A stretch of 64,000 nt of DNA from Dehalococcoidia bacterium (GCA_034423195.1 DAOUIZ010000037.1:9218-73217); one strand, 5' to 3'. Numbered from the stretch's first letter, positions 38,254-48,182 are shown. Notes: generated by a model not told the origin, from the letters alone. Program-made: numbers and translations.

Positions 38254-39039
38254 CTAGGGCTTCCGGCAAACCAGCATGGCCCAGCGGTGTCGGAACATTA
38301 GCTCCCCCTCTTCCAGGTACGGATACATCCCGGTTTCGGGCCCGCCCGATAGCTCGGATTGCAAGTCCCGCAGGATCAGGGCCCGGGATTCGTCGGGGGT
38401 CTGGGTCATGTCCATCCAGCTCTCAACGCTGCGTTGGGCCTCGAAGGCGGAGGTGCGGGCGATTTCCAGGCCGCACTCCTCGGCCATGGCTCGGAGGCGG
38501 CTGACGGGCAGGGCGTTGGTGTGGGATGGGTCCCGGAGGCGTTCCAGGTGGTTGTGGGTCTCGGCGGTGGCCGGGTCTTCGGATGTGGTGAGGTCAATGA
38601 TTGCGACGTGCCCGCCGGAACGACAGGCGCGGACCATTTCCCGCAGGCACCTGCCGGGGTCTTCCACCTGGTGCATGGCCAGGCGGCACGCCACCAGCGA
38701 GAAGCTCCCGTCTTCGTATGGCAGACTCCGGGCATCGCCCAGGTCGAAGGTGACGTTGGTCAACCCCTCTTCGGCGGCCAGTTGGCTGCCCCGTGCGACC
38801 ATCTCCGGGGTCACGTCCACGGCGACGGACTGGGCAACCGTCGGGGCCATTCCCCGGGCCAGGACCCCGGTGCCCGCCGCCACGTCCAACACCCGCATAT
38901 CCGGGCGCAGCTCCAGGTTCTCCAGGCTCCAGGCCAGGGCGTGTTCGTTGCCGCCGGACACCACGTAGGTATCCCAGTTGGCGGCCTGCTGGGAAAACTG
39001 CTCCTGGATCAGCTCGTCGTGGGTCCTTTCCTGGGACAT
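38254..39039 (-). CDS. Class I SAM-dependent methyltransferase
   Basis: VLDVAAGTG, GDARSLPY..GSFSLV..R.A.H motifs. Confidence 0.9.
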   Translation of the reverse strand: MSQERTHDELIQEQFSQQAANWDTYVVSGGNEHALAWSLENLELRPDMRVLDVAAGTGVLARGMAPTVAQSVAVDVTPEMVARGSQLAAEEGLTNVTFDLGDARSLPYEDGSFSLVACRLAMHQVEDPGRCLREMVRACRSGGHVAIIDLTTSEDPATAETHNHLERLRDPSHTNALPVSRLRAMAEECGLEIARTSAFEAQRSVESWMDMTQTPDESRALILRDLQSELSGGPETGMYPYLEEGELMFRHRWAMLVCRKP

Positions 39040-39094
39040 TTCCTTCCTTTGCCTCCCTCGCTTTCCGGCGGGCCGCGGGATACCCGTCTCCCGG

Positions 39095-40732
39095 CTAGAC
39101 CAGCGCCCCGAACCCGTTGGGAATCTCCACCTCTATCAACTGCACCCGGTCGGCCTGCACCGCCTGCTCCAGGGCCTTCGACAGACCATCTACTGTGGAA
39201 ACTCGGGTGCCGGGGATGCCGTAGGAGTCGAAGAGCTTGATAAAATCCGGGTTTACCAGGTCTGTGCCCATCAACCGGTCGCTGAAGCGGGCGCTCTGGT
39301 ATCCCTTCAGGACTCCCCAGGCGTTGTCGTTGAAAATGACGACTATCGGATTGATGCCGTACTGCACGGCCGTCCCCAATTCCTGCGCGTTGTACTGGAA
39401 TCCGCCGTCGCCCGTGATGCACACCACCGGACACTCCGGCTTGCCAACCTTGGCCCCCAGCGCGGAGGGAAAGCCAAACCCCAACCCTGCCCAGCCCCAG
39501 GGATACATGAACTGCCGGGGCTGCTCGATTGCCAGGCAGCGGGCCGCCCGGCTGGCCGGAACGGTCGCGTCCAGGGTGAAGATCGTTTCCCCGGGAGTGG
39601 CCGCACGGATGGCCTCAAACGCCCGCAGCTCGTTCCCCCACGTATCCTGGAGCACCCGATATTGCTGCTCCTTCAGAGCGGCGACTTCCTGGCGGTACTC
39701 CGCCGGGCTTTCCACGTCCCGGCCCCCGATGCCCTGCAGCAGCTGGGCGGCGACAGCCCGGGAATTGGCCGTGATGGCAACCGCCGCCGGATAGTTCTTG
39801 CCGATGTATTCCTCGTCCAGCAGGACATGGACCAGGTTTTCCGGCAGCTTCAGGTCCACCCCAACCGTGGAGCGGTAGGCCAGGGCGGAACCGAGCACCA
39901 GCGCGGCATCGCACGATCCCAGCCAGTCCTGGGCCGGATTCTCCCCCCAGATGCGTCGCCCCAGCGCTGGCCCCAGGGACAGCTGGTGGCTTTCCGGGAA
40001 GGCCCCCTTGGCCCCGTCGGTGGTGACCACCGCCGCTCCCAGCCTCTCGGCCAGCTCGATGACTTCAGCCCCGCCGCCCTGGGACTGTACCTCCTCGCCC
40101 ACCACAATAACCGGGCGTTTCGCGTCCAGCATCACCTGGAGCGCCTGCTCCACCATCGCTGGATCACCCTGGGGGATGTCCGGCTCCCGGGGACGGAGAA
40201 TCTCCACCTCCGCCGTCTCTCCCAGCATATCGGTCGGCACTTCCAGCTCGATGGGCCGGGGACGGCGTTCCTGGAAGCGGCGGAAGGCTTCCACGAAATG
40301 GTCCGGTATGGCCTCCACCTCGCCGATCATCGCGTTCCAGTCGGTGACGGCCCGGAACATCCCCAGCTGGTCCTTGGTCTCGTGGGTAGCCAGCTTGTTG
40401 CTGCCGACGAATTCCCGCTCCACGTTGGTCGTCACCTGCAGGATCGACGAGCTGGAGAAGTAGGCTTCCCCCATGGCGCCCATGGAGTCGGCGGCCCCGG
40501 GGCCGGTGCTGGTCAGCAGCACCCCCGGCTTGCCCGTCGCCCTCGAGTAGCCGTCCGCCATGTACCCGCAGCCCAGCTCCAGCCGTCCGCCGATGAAGCG
40601 GAGCGAGTCCTGGTTGTCGAACAGGGCGTCAAAGAGGTCCAGGGTATGGACGGAAATAATCCCGAATATCGTGTCAACGCCCTGGGCCTTCAACGATTCG
40701 GCAATGGTCTGTCCACCAGTCATCAGCGGCAT
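39095..40732 (-). CDS. ThDP-dependent enzyme, acetolactate-synthase-like (paralog 3)
   Basis: RLE, STGPG, and GDGGFQY...FNDNAWG motif. Confidence 0.92.
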   Translation of the reverse strand: MPLMTGGQTIAESLKAQGVDTIFGIISVHTLDLFDALFDNQDSLRFIGGRLELGCGYMADGYSRATGKPGVLLTSTGPGAADSMGAMGEAYFSSSSILQVTTNVEREFVGSNKLATHETKDQLGMFRAVTDWNAMIGEVEAIPDHFVEAFRRFQERRPRPIELEVPTDMLGETAEVEILRPREPDIPQGDPAMVEQALQVMLDAKRPVIVVGEEVQSQGGGAEVIELAERLGAAVVTTDGAKGAFPESHQLSLGPALGRRIWGENPAQDWLGSCDAALVLGSALAYRSTVGVDLKLPENLVHVLLDEEYIGKNYPAAVAITANSRAVAAQLLQGIGGRDVESPAEYRQEVAALKEQQYRVLQDTWGNELRAFEAIRAATPGETIFTLDATVPASRAARCLAIEQPRQFMYPWGWAGLGFGFPSALGAKVGKPECPVVCITGDGGFQYNAQELGTAVQYGINPIVVIFNDNAWGVLKGYQSARFSDRLMGTDLVNPDFIKLFDSYGIPGTRVSTVDGLSKALEQAVQADRVQLIEVEIPNGFGALV

Positions 40733-40878
40733 GCGCTCTCTCCTTGAGTGTCGAATAACAATCTCAAAACGCGGCGTTGCAATTTAGGCGGTTTCGTTCC
40801 CGCCTCTCGTCGTTCCTGCGGAGGCAGGAACCTATTAGTCCCGCCGGAGCACTTCCCACTCGCACCCACCACCTCTCC

Positions 40879-40947
40879 CGTCACCCCCGCGCAGAGCCTG
40901 CCCCTGGCGACTGAGGAGGGACGACCAAGGCGGGAAAGGGGCGGGGG
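40879..40947 (+). repeat. CGTC REP variant with loop insertion
   Basis: CGTCACCCCCGCGCAG-[AGCCTGCCCCTGGCGACTGAGG...]-GCGGGGG. Confidence 0.8.
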
Positions 40948-40984
40948 TTAGGATGGGGGTGAAAACCCAAATGTCCCACACACC

Positions 40985-42400
40985 CTAAAGCAGCAACACC
41001 ACCGGATTCTCCAGCACCCGCTTCACTTCCATCAGAAACTGCGCGGCCTCCGCCCCGTCTGCCACCCGGTGATCGGTGGACAGCGTAGCCTTCATCAACT
41101 GCCCCACCGCCAGTTGTCCGTCCCGGACCACCGGCTGCTCCTTCACCGAACCCACCGCCAGAACGGCGGCGTGGGGCGGGTAGATGATGGCTGCAAAGCT
41201 CTCCACGTCGAACATTCCCAGGTTGCTGACGCTGAAGGTGGTGCTGCTGTATTCGTCATTGCGTAAGTGTCCGCTGTTGGCCCGCTGGATGAGGTCCTTG
41301 CTGGCGGCGGCCAGCTCCACCAGGCTCTTGTCCTGGCAGTTGGCGATGCCGGGGACCATCAGTCCCGCTTCCAGGGCGATGGCGATGCCGATGTTGACCT
41401 GGGGGTGAAATTCCAGCGCCCCGTCGGAGAAGGAAGCGTTGAACTTGGGATGCCGCCCCAGGGCCAGGGCGCACGCCTTGACTATCAGGTCGTTGACCGT
41501 AACCCGTGATTCGGAATCTACCGCGTCGTTGACTTCCCCCCGCAGGCTCATGGCCCTTCCCATGTCAATCTCGGCGGTCACATAGAAGTGCGGCGCATCC
41601 CGCTTCGAGTCCGACGTGACCCGGGCGATGGCCTGCCGCATCCTGGAAAGCTCCACCCGCTCCCCCGCCTCAGCCGGAACGTCCGCCGCACCGCCATCTG
41701 GCCCGGAAGGCGCTTCCGATACCGTCGCTGGAACGGGAGCGGGAGGCTGGTATTCCAGCACGTCCTTCTCGACGATGCGCCCACCCGGACCGGTCCCATT
41801 GATTTCCGACAGGTCAATGCCCCGTTCCCGGGCCAGTCGCCGGGCGATGGGCGATGCCCGGACCCCGCCGGGGGGTTCCGCCGGAACCGAGGGCGGCTGG
41901 TATTCCAGGACATCCCTTTCCACGATCCGCCCGCCGGGACCGGTGCCGTTCACATCCCCCAGGTCAACGCCCCGTTCCCGGGCCAGTCGGCGGGCAATTG
42001 GAGACGCCCGCAGGCGGCCCTCATCGGCTGCCCCGCTGTCGGCCGTCCCGGTGCCGGAAAGGGAAGCGGGCGTCTGCGAGGACGGGGTGGATTCAACTTC
42101 TGAATCCGCCGGTGCTGCCTCGGGCGGCGACGCCGACAGGTCATCCTCCGGCAGAGCCTCGCCAGGGGCCGTGATAATGGCGATGAGTTCGCCCACCGGA
42201 ACGACCATCCCCTCGGCGGCGACTATCTTGCCTACGACCCCGCCGGTATAGGCTTCGAACTCGACGGTGGCCTTGTCCGTTTCGATGTCCGCCAGGACTT
42301 CGCCCCGGGCGACCGTCTCGCCTTCCTTCTTGTGCCAGCGGACCACGGTGCCTTCCCGCATGTCGTAGCCCATCTGGGGCATCACTATGCTTGTCGCCAA
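40985..42400 (-). CDS. 2-oxoacid dehydrogenase E2 (dihydrolipoamide acyltransferase)
   Basis: Lipoyl domain IETDKA, two ASPIARRLA.E.G peripheral-subunit-binding domains, catalytic DHRVADG. Confidence 0.93.
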   Translation of the reverse strand: MATSIVMPQMGYDMREGTVVRWHKKEGETVARGEVLADIETDKATVEFEAYTGGVVGKIVAAEGMVVPVGELIAIITAPGEALPEDDLSASPPEAAPADSEVESTPSSQTPASLSGTGTADSGAADEGRLRASPIARRLARERGVDLGDVNGTGPGGRIVERDVLEYQPPSVPAEPPGGVRASPIARRLARERGIDLSEINGTGPGGRIVEKDVLEYQPPAPVPATVSEAPSGPDGGAADVPAEAGERVELSRMRQAIARVTSDSKRDAPHFYVTAEIDMGRAMSLRGEVNDAVDSESRVTVNDLIVKACALALGRHPKFNASFSDGALEFHPQVNIGIAIALEAGLMVPGIANCQDKSLVELAAASKDLIQRANSGHLRNDEYSSTTFSVSNLGMFDVESFAAIIYPPHAAVLAVGSVKEQPVVRDGQLAVGQLMKATLSTDHRVADGAEAAQFLMEVKRVLENPVVLLL

Positions 42401-42470
42401 GGTGGCCTCCCGGCAAAAAATTTCGGCGTCACAGTCCGGCGTTCACCCGATGGTCAAACGTGCGAAGGGC

Positions 42471-42500
42471 GCCCGTGCCCGTGCCCGTGCCCGTGCCCGT
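42471..42500 (+). repeat. Simple sequence repeat (GCCCGT)5
   Basis: Five perfect hexamers between lpdA and E2. Confidence 0.95.
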
Positions 42501-42506
42501 TGGAGT

Positions 42507-43892
42507 CTATCCATGAATCGCCCTTCCCTCGGCGCCCAGTGCCGCTTCCTTGACCATTTCCGATATGGACGGGTGGGCATGGACCGCCCATCCCAGCTCC
42601 AGCGAAGTGCCCTCCAGGAGACGGGTCAGGGACAGCTCGCCCAGCAATTCGGTGACTTCCGGCCCGATGAGGTGGGCCCCCAGCAGCTCGCCATAGCGGG
42701 CATCCATCACCAGCTTGACCATGCCCTCCGTCTCCCCCATGGCCAAGGCCTTGCCGTTGGCGAGGACGTTCATCCTTCCCACCTTCACCTCGTGGCCCTG
42801 GGCAACGGCCTGTTCTTCGGTCAGGCCGAAGCTGGCCACCTGCGGCTGGCAATACGTGGCCTTGGGCATGTAGGTGTAGTCCAGGGGCTGGGTTTCCTCG
42901 CCGGCAATCGCTTCGGCGGCGGTCACGGCCTGGGCCGACGCGGCATGGGCCAGGGCCAGCTTGCCCGTCACGTCTCCTATCGCGAACACCCCGGGAACGT
43001 TGGTGGCCATGCGGTCGTCAATGGTTATGTAACCCCGCTCGGTGGCAACGCCGATGCGCTCCAGCCCCAACCCCTCCGTGTTGGGCTGGATACCGACCGC
43101 AACCAGCACCTTCCCGCATTCAATGGTGTGCTCAACCCCGTTCTGCTCCACGGCAACGGAAACCCCGCCGCCGGTGGGAACGACACCGGAAACCCCGGCG
43201 CCGGTCATGACGTTGATGCCATGACGGGAAAAGGAACGCTCCAGTTGGCGGCTGATTTCCTCATCCTCGTTGGGGACCAGCCGGGGCAGAAGCTCGACCA
43301 CCGTTACGTCCACGCCGTACATCTTGTAGACATAGGCGAACTCGACGCCGATGGCGCCGCCCCCCACTATGACCATGGACTCGGGAAGGTCCCGGAGGAC
43401 AATGCTCTCCCGGCTCGTTATTACCCGCTCTCCATCCACCGGCAGGGATGGAATGCTGCGGGGACGGGCCCCGGTAGCAATGATGATGTTCTTCGCATTG
43501 AGCCGGTCGCCCTGCGGAGACACTTCAACGGCTCCGGCCGACACGATGGAAGCCTCACCGCTGATGTGGTCAATGTTGTTCTTGCGAAGGAGATACGCCA
43601 CGCCCCGCACGTTGCGGTCCACCACCCTCCTGCTCCGGTCGATGGCGGAGGAAAAATCGGCGTGGAAGTTGTCGAACCTCAGCCCGAACTCGTCGGCCCG
43701 GCGGATGTAGGAAAGCACCTCGGCGTTCTTCAGCAGCGCCTTGCTGGGAATGCACCCCCAGTTCAGGCAGACTCCCCCCAATGCGTCCCGCTCGACTATG
43801 GCAGCCTTCATCCCCAGTTGAGCGCAGCGGATGGCGGACACGTACCCGCCCGGGCCCGCGCCAATCACCACCACGTCGTAATCGTTAGCCAT
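42507..43892 (-). CDS. lpdA: Dihydrolipoyl dehydrogenase (E3)
   Basis: GAGPGGY, GGVCLNWGCIPSK, GGGAIG.E and HAHPSISE motifs. Confidence 0.96.
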   Translation of the reverse strand: MANDYDVVVIGAGPGGYVSAIRCAQLGMKAAIVERDALGGVCLNWGCIPSKALLKNAEVLSYIRRADEFGLRFDNFHADFSSAIDRSRRVVDRNVRGVAYLLRKNNIDHISGEASIVSAGAVEVSPQGDRLNAKNIIIATGARPRSIPSLPVDGERVITSRESIVLRDLPESMVIVGGGAIGVEFAYVYKMYGVDVTVVELLPRLVPNEDEEISRQLERSFSRHGINVMTGAGVSGVVPTGGGVSVAVEQNGVEHTIECGKVLVAVGIQPNTEGLGLERIGVATERGYITIDDRMATNVPGVFAIGDVTGKLALAHAASAQAVTAAEAIAGEETQPLDYTYMPKATYCQPQVASFGLTEEQAVAQGHEVKVGRMNVLANGKALAMGETEGMVKLVMDARYGELLGAHLIGPEVTELLGELSLTRLLEGTSLELGWAVHAHPSISEMVKEAALGAEGRAIHG

Positions 43893-44116
43893 TTGTACCC
43901 GTAATGTCGCTTATGATGTCAGGGGTAATTCCAGCCGGTTCCAGGCGCACGAGGACCGCCGCTGATGGCGCAGGCTGGGACAGCCAATTATACCGTCGCC
44001 CCACCCGGCGGGCAACGAAGAAGGTTGAGACTCCACGCTCCGCCGCAGCCCCGGTTTGTCCCCAATCGGGCGTTCTGGTATCATTTACCCCTGCCAACCG
44101 GAACCATGAGGTTGTG

Positions 44117-44332
44117 ATGAGACTAGGACCTTTGGGCCTGACGGAACTGCTGATCATCCTGGCCGTGCTGCTGCTCATCTTCGGGGCCACCCGCCTGCCC
44201 GAAATCGGCTCATCCCTGGGCAAGGGAATCAGGATGTTCAAGACCTCCGTCACCGGCGAAGAAGAGCCGGCCAACCCGCCCGAAAAGCAGGAAACGGCCA
44301 AGGCGCGCAGCAACACCGACGACCAGTCCTAG
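44117..44332 (+). CDS. tatA: Twin-arginine translocase TatA/TatE subunit
   Basis: ELLIILAVLLLIFGATRLPEIG.SLGKGIR.FK. Confidence 0.93.
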   Translation: MRLGPLGLTELLIILAVLLLIFGATRLPEIGSSLGKGIRMFKTSVTGEEEPANPPEKQETAKARSNTDDQS

Positions 44333-44358
44333 CAGCCGCCGCATCTCCCGGACAAAAC

Positions 44359-44390
44359 GAAAGGACCGGCCCCAGCGCCGGTCCCTTTTC
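44359..44390. terminator. Bidirectional terminator between tatA and tatC
   Basis: GAAAGGACCGGC-CCCAGC-GCCGGTCCCTTTTC. Confidence 0.75.
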
Positions 44391-44437
44391 ATTTCCCGCC
44401 GGCCCTTCCGCAGAATCCCCGGCTGGCAACCCCATCC

Positions 44438-45205
44438 TCACTCAACGTCGGAAACCGGCGAGGCCGTCCCCGAGAGCCGGTCTCTTCGGCTCCCCGCAAT
44501 CTTGGCCAGCACAACGCCCAGCTCATAGAGGACCAGCAGCGGCACCGCCACCAGTATCTGGTTCACCGGGTCCACCGTGGGCGTGATGACGGCCGCCAGT
44601 ATGAAAGCGATTATCAGCCAGTAGCGCCGGAACCGGGAAAAAGCCCTGGCCGGCACGATCCCCAGTCGGGCCAGCAGCACCATGATCAGGGGCGTCTCAA
44701 AGACCAGCCCCATCCACACCAGCAGCCGGATCATCACGTCCACCAGGCTGCTGATCCGCACCATTGGCTCGACAACGCCGTCCCCGAAGGACAGCAGAAA
44801 CGGAAGCGCCTGGGGCGTCAGGACGAAGTACCCGAAGGCCAGTCCCGCCGCAAAGGCCACCACCGCCGCCGGCATGAAGACCAGCAGGTACCGCTTCTCC
44901 CGGTCCGTCAGTCCCGGTGCCGCGAAGCGGATGGCCTGGTACAGGATCACCGGGAATGCCAGCACCGCCCCGCCGACCATGGATATCTTGAAGCTGGTCG
45001 TCAGCGACTCCGTGACCTGCGTCGCGATCAGGGTGATGCCCTGCCCGTCGTTGAGTTCCTGGGCCGGACGCTTGAGCAGCAGCACCACATCTTCCCAGAA
45101 GGCAAAGACGACCACCGTACCCACCAGCAGCGCGATAACCGAAATCAGGAGCCGCCGCCGCAGCTCCTGGAGGTGTTCCCGCAGGGACAGTTCCCGGTCG
45201 TTCAC
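44438..45205 (-). CDS. tatC: Twin-arginine translocase TatC
   Basis: L.EHL.ELR.RL, PGL..REKRY, GLVFETP and AAVITPT.DP motifs. Confidence 0.95.
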   Translation of the reverse strand: MNDRELSLREHLQELRRRLLISVIALLVGTVVVFAFWEDVVLLLKRPAQELNDGQGITLIATQVTESLTTSFKISMVGGAVLAFPVILYQAIRFAAPGLTDREKRYLLVFMPAAVVAFAAGLAFGYFVLTPQALPFLLSFGDGVVEPMVRISSLVDVMIRLLVWMGLVFETPLIMVLLARLGIVPARAFSRFRRYWLIIAFILAAVITPTVDPVNQILVAVPLLVLYELGVVLAKIAGSRRDRLSGTASPVSDVE

Positions 45206-45459
45206 CGTGCGTCGGGCCCGGGAGGGTCTTCCCTCGGCCCCGGTCCGGTCGGATTGGGCGGCCCGGGACGGCGGTCATCCCCAAGCCGGCGGTCATCCAA
45301 CGAAGCCGCGTCTGTTATGTCGCCAATGGTCCGGCGGATTTCCCGCCACACCTTCCCGGAGGTGCGGGCCATTTCCATGGTCTTCGCCGGCCCCAGCACC
45401 AGGAACCCCACAACCATTATCAGGGCGATTTCGGGAAGGCCCACGCCGAACAGGTTCAC
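45202..45459 (-). CDS. tatB: Twin-arginine translocase TatB-like subunit
   Basis: FGVGLPEIALI.VV..LVLGP.K motif. Overlaps tatC and the upstream gene by 4 nt. Confidence 0.8.
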   Translation of the reverse strand: MNLFGVGLPEIALIMVVGFLVLGPAKTMEMARTSGKVWREIRRTIGDITDAASLDDRRLGDDRRPGPPNPTGPGPREDPPGPDAR

Positions 45460-47336
45460 CGCCGGTTCCCTCCCTGGAATGGGCAGTCGGCCCGGCAGAG
45501 CGGCTGGGACGGCGCGCACCAGTCCGGCGGACGCGGGCAGCCCAGCTGGTCCAGCATTTCCAGGAGGCGGCATAGCGGCAGGCCGACGACGTTGGTGTAG
45601 CACCCGTCCACCAGTTCCCCCGGCTTCAGCTCCTCGTCCTGGATGGCGTATGCCCCGGCCTTGTCCATCGGCGTCCCGGAGGCGATGGACGCCTCGATTT
45701 CCTCGGCGGCCAGCTCCCGAAGGGCAATGTCCCCCGTCATGCAGTCCGTCAGGATGCGCCGCGTTGGAACGTCAATGACCGTGACGCCAGTGGTGACGTG
45801 GTGGCTGGTGCCGCTCAGTTCGGTGAGCATCCTTCGGGCGTCATCCTCGTCAACCGGCTTGCCGATGATCCGGCCTTCATGGACAACGGTGCTGTCTGCG
45901 GCGATGACCACCGGGCTTTCGCCCCGGCCGATCAGCTCGGCGGCGACAGTGGCCGCCTTCTTCCGTGACAGCCGCTGCACCATCTCTTGCGCCGTCTCGT
46001 CCGGCAGCACCGTTTCGTCGGCCCCCGACGGGATGATCCTGTACTCCATCCCCAGGTCCGACAGCAGCTCCCGGCGGCGGGGCGAGCCGGAAGCCAGCAC
46101 CATGTCCGGCACTGGTTGGGCCCTTTCCAGGACCGCCACGCACTCGACATGGTGGGTCTGCGGGAACATGTCCAGGGGCTGGAGGCGCTCGATCCGGTAC
46201 GTAGGATGCGGCCCGCCGCACAGCAGCTTCAGGTCCCGCGCCAGCGTCTCCGGGTCGCAGGAAACGTAGACCACCCGCCGGGGAGCCAGCCGGATGAGAC
46301 CCCTCAGCGCCCCGGCCTGGCAGCCGGCCCGGGGCGGGTCCAGAATGACGGCGTCCGGGACGGTATCCAGGGTCTGCAAAACGTCTTCCGTCTTCCCCAG
46401 GACGAAATCAACGTTGCCCAGGCCGTCTGCGTTGGCCCTCGCGTCCTCCACCGCCGCCGCCGATTCCTCCACGGCAATCACCCGGCGCACGTGGGGCGCC
46501 AGCAGCACCGCAAAGGCCCCCACGCCGGTGTAGGCGTCCAGCATGGTCTCATCCCCCGTCAGCTCCAGTGCCTCCCGCACCATCTCAACTAGTCTTTCCG
46601 ACTGGAGGTTGTTGACCTGGAAGAAGGATGGCGAGGCGACCCGGAACTCCCGTCCTCCCACCGATTCCCGGTAGTGGGTCTGGCCGGTGGGGATGGGGAT
46701 GTCGGCGGCCGACAAGGTGGGCTGGACCAGGAAGTCCCCGGTCTGCTCCCCGGCTCGGACCGACAGTTGGGTGGTCTCCCCGCACCTGTCCTGCAACTGG
46801 GCGATGATGTTGTTGACCCCCCGATGCATCAGGCCGCATCCGTCGATGCGGACAAAACGCCGTACCTCCCGGTGAACGAACCCGAGAGCGCCCTCCGGCC
46901 CGACGGTCATGCGGGCATGGTTGCGGTACCCGAACTGGCGCGGGGAGGGCAGGACCGGCCGGACTTCCACGTCCTCAAACCCGCCGACCCGCCGCAGGGC
47001 GCTTGCCACCTTGGCCTGTTTCGCCTCCAGCTGTGCCGGATAGCTGATGTGCTGCCACTGGCATCCGGTGCAATACCCGTAGTAGTCGCAGGGCGGGTCA
47101 ACCCGGTCCTCTGAGGAAGTCAGCACCTCCACGACCTGCGCCGATGCGTAATCCCGCCGGACTCGCAGCACTTCCGCCTCCACCCTCTCCCCTGGAATCC
47201 CCCCCAGCACGAAGACTTCCCGTCCGTCATGGTAGCCAACAGCCTCCCCCAGCCTCCCCCAAGACTCCAGGGTGAGGGTCAGGCGCTGCCCGCGCTCCAG
47301 TCGTTTCGCGGTTGTATCGCTTCGGTCGACGGCCAT
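45456..47336 (-). CDS. Fusion of 23S rRNA m5U methyltransferase (RlmD/TrmA-like) and Maf nucleotide pyrophosphatase
   Basis: TRAM domain, CxxxxxCxGC Fe-S motif, SFFQVN, LDPPRAG, DMFPQTHHVEC, followed in the same frame by LASGSPRRRELL, ADSTV, KP, DKAGAYAIQ, NVVGLP. Confidence 0.88.
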   Translation of the reverse strand: MAVDRSDTTAKRLERGQRLTLTLESWGRLGEAVGYHDGREVFVLGGIPGERVEAEVLRVRRDYASAQVVEVLTSSEDRVDPPCDYYGYCTGCQWQHISYPAQLEAKQAKVASALRRVGGFEDVEVRPVLPSPRQFGYRNHARMTVGPEGALGFVHREVRRFVRIDGCGLMHRGVNNIIAQLQDRCGETTQLSVRAGEQTGDFLVQPTLSAADIPIPTGQTHYRESVGGREFRVASPSFFQVNNLQSERLVEMVREALELTGDETMLDAYTGVGAFAVLLAPHVRRVIAVEESAAAVEDARANADGLGNVDFVLGKTEDVLQTLDTVPDAVILDPPRAGCQAGALRGLIRLAPRRVVYVSCDPETLARDLKLLCGGPHPTYRIERLQPLDMFPQTHHVECVAVLERAQPVPDMVLASGSPRRRELLSDLGMEYRIIPSGADETVLPDETAQEMVQRLSRKKAATVAAELIGRGESPVVIAADSTVVHEGRIIGKPVDEDDARRMLTELSGTSHHVTTGVTVIDVPTRRILTDCMTGDIALRELAAEEIEASIASGTPMDKAGAYAIQDEELKPGELVDGCYTNVVGLPLCRLLEMLDQLGCPRPPDWCAPSQPLCRADCPFQGGNRR

Positions 47337-47435
47337 ATTAAGAAGACTCCGCAGGATACTATAATCCAAGAGGCCGTAACATTAAATGGTTGATACGTTT
47401 ATGAGCGGCAGCGGAGGGTTGCCGCTTCAATCGTG

Positions 47436-47465
47436 TTGACCCTGCCCATTGACCGGGTATAAACT
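47436..47465 (+). promoter_or_regulatory. Probable sigma70 promoter of trxA
   Basis: TTGACC, then TATAAA/TAAACT after a 16-18 bp spacer. Confidence 0.5.
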
Positions 47466-47563
47466 TCGACCACTGAAGAGTCCGCCGGCGGCGCCCCGAT
47501 CCCTGCCAGGGCAGCGGTGCCGAGAGGTGGACTTACTAATGAAAAACAACATTTGGAGGCCTG

Positions 47564-47893
47564 ATGCCTGAGCCAATCGAAGTTAACGAGAGTAGCTGGG
47601 ACGACGAAGTTATCAACTCCGATCTGCCCGTCCTGGTGGATTTCTGGGCCGAATGGTGCGGCCCTTGCAAGATGATCGCCCCCGCCGTCCACGACCTCGC
47701 CCTGGAGTACGACGGCAAGCTCAACGTGGCCAAGGTGGACGTGGACAACAACCCCAACATCGCCATGAAGTACGGCATCCGCAGCATCCCCGCCCTGATT
47801 TTCTTCAAGGACGGCAAGCCCGTCGACCAGCATGTGGGAGCGGCCCCCAAGGGCAGGCTCAAGCAGAAGATTGACTCGGTCCTCGGCAGCTAA
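47564..47893 (+). CDS. trxA: Thioredoxin
   Basis: VDFWAEWCGPCK and SIP motifs. Confidence 0.97.
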   Translation: MPEPIEVNESSWDDEVINSDLPVLVDFWAEWCGPCKMIAPAVHDLALEYDGKLNVAKVDVDNNPNIAMKYGIRSIPALIFFKDGKPVDQHVGAAPKGRLKQKIDSVLGS

Positions 47894-47916
47894 CCTCCTG
47901 CTCCCGAGGTTTTCGG

Positions 47917-48013
47917 GGGAGTGGATGGGGCCCGGTGGCTCTTGCGGTCTTCAAAACCGTTATGCCTCGTGAAGAGCGGGGTAGGTGGGTTCGACTCCCT
48001 CGCACTCCCGCCA
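47917..48013 (+). tRNA. selC: tRNA-Sec (anticodon UCA)
   Basis: 97 nt. D-arm with CGGT loop, anticodon loop CTTCAAA, long variable arm, GTTCGACTC T-loop, discriminator G plus encoded CCA. Confidence 0.93.
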
Positions 48014-48182
48014 ACCGGCAACTATACCGAAACCCCTGCGGCAACAGGGGTTTCGTGTTTCCCCCGCAAGGTCAGCAGCGGATGAAAGTTGTAGGCCCCA
48101 GGCTCTTCCCTGCTGGATAATCGAAAACGTCCCGCCGTCACCGCAGGCGAAACAACAGGCGAAACAAAAGGAGCTCAACCGA

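Noticed and set aside
38978-40747. Long antisense ORFs (also 42387-43904, 48801-50429, 9234-10622, 29055-30395, 33325-34584)
   Set aside because: Shadow frames of high-GC genes that have clear motifs on the opposite strand.
47472-47545. Hammerhead-like core in the trxA leader (CTGAAGA-GTCC...GGAC)
   Set aside because: GGAC is followed by TTAC rather than the required GAAA, and stems I/III are not evident.
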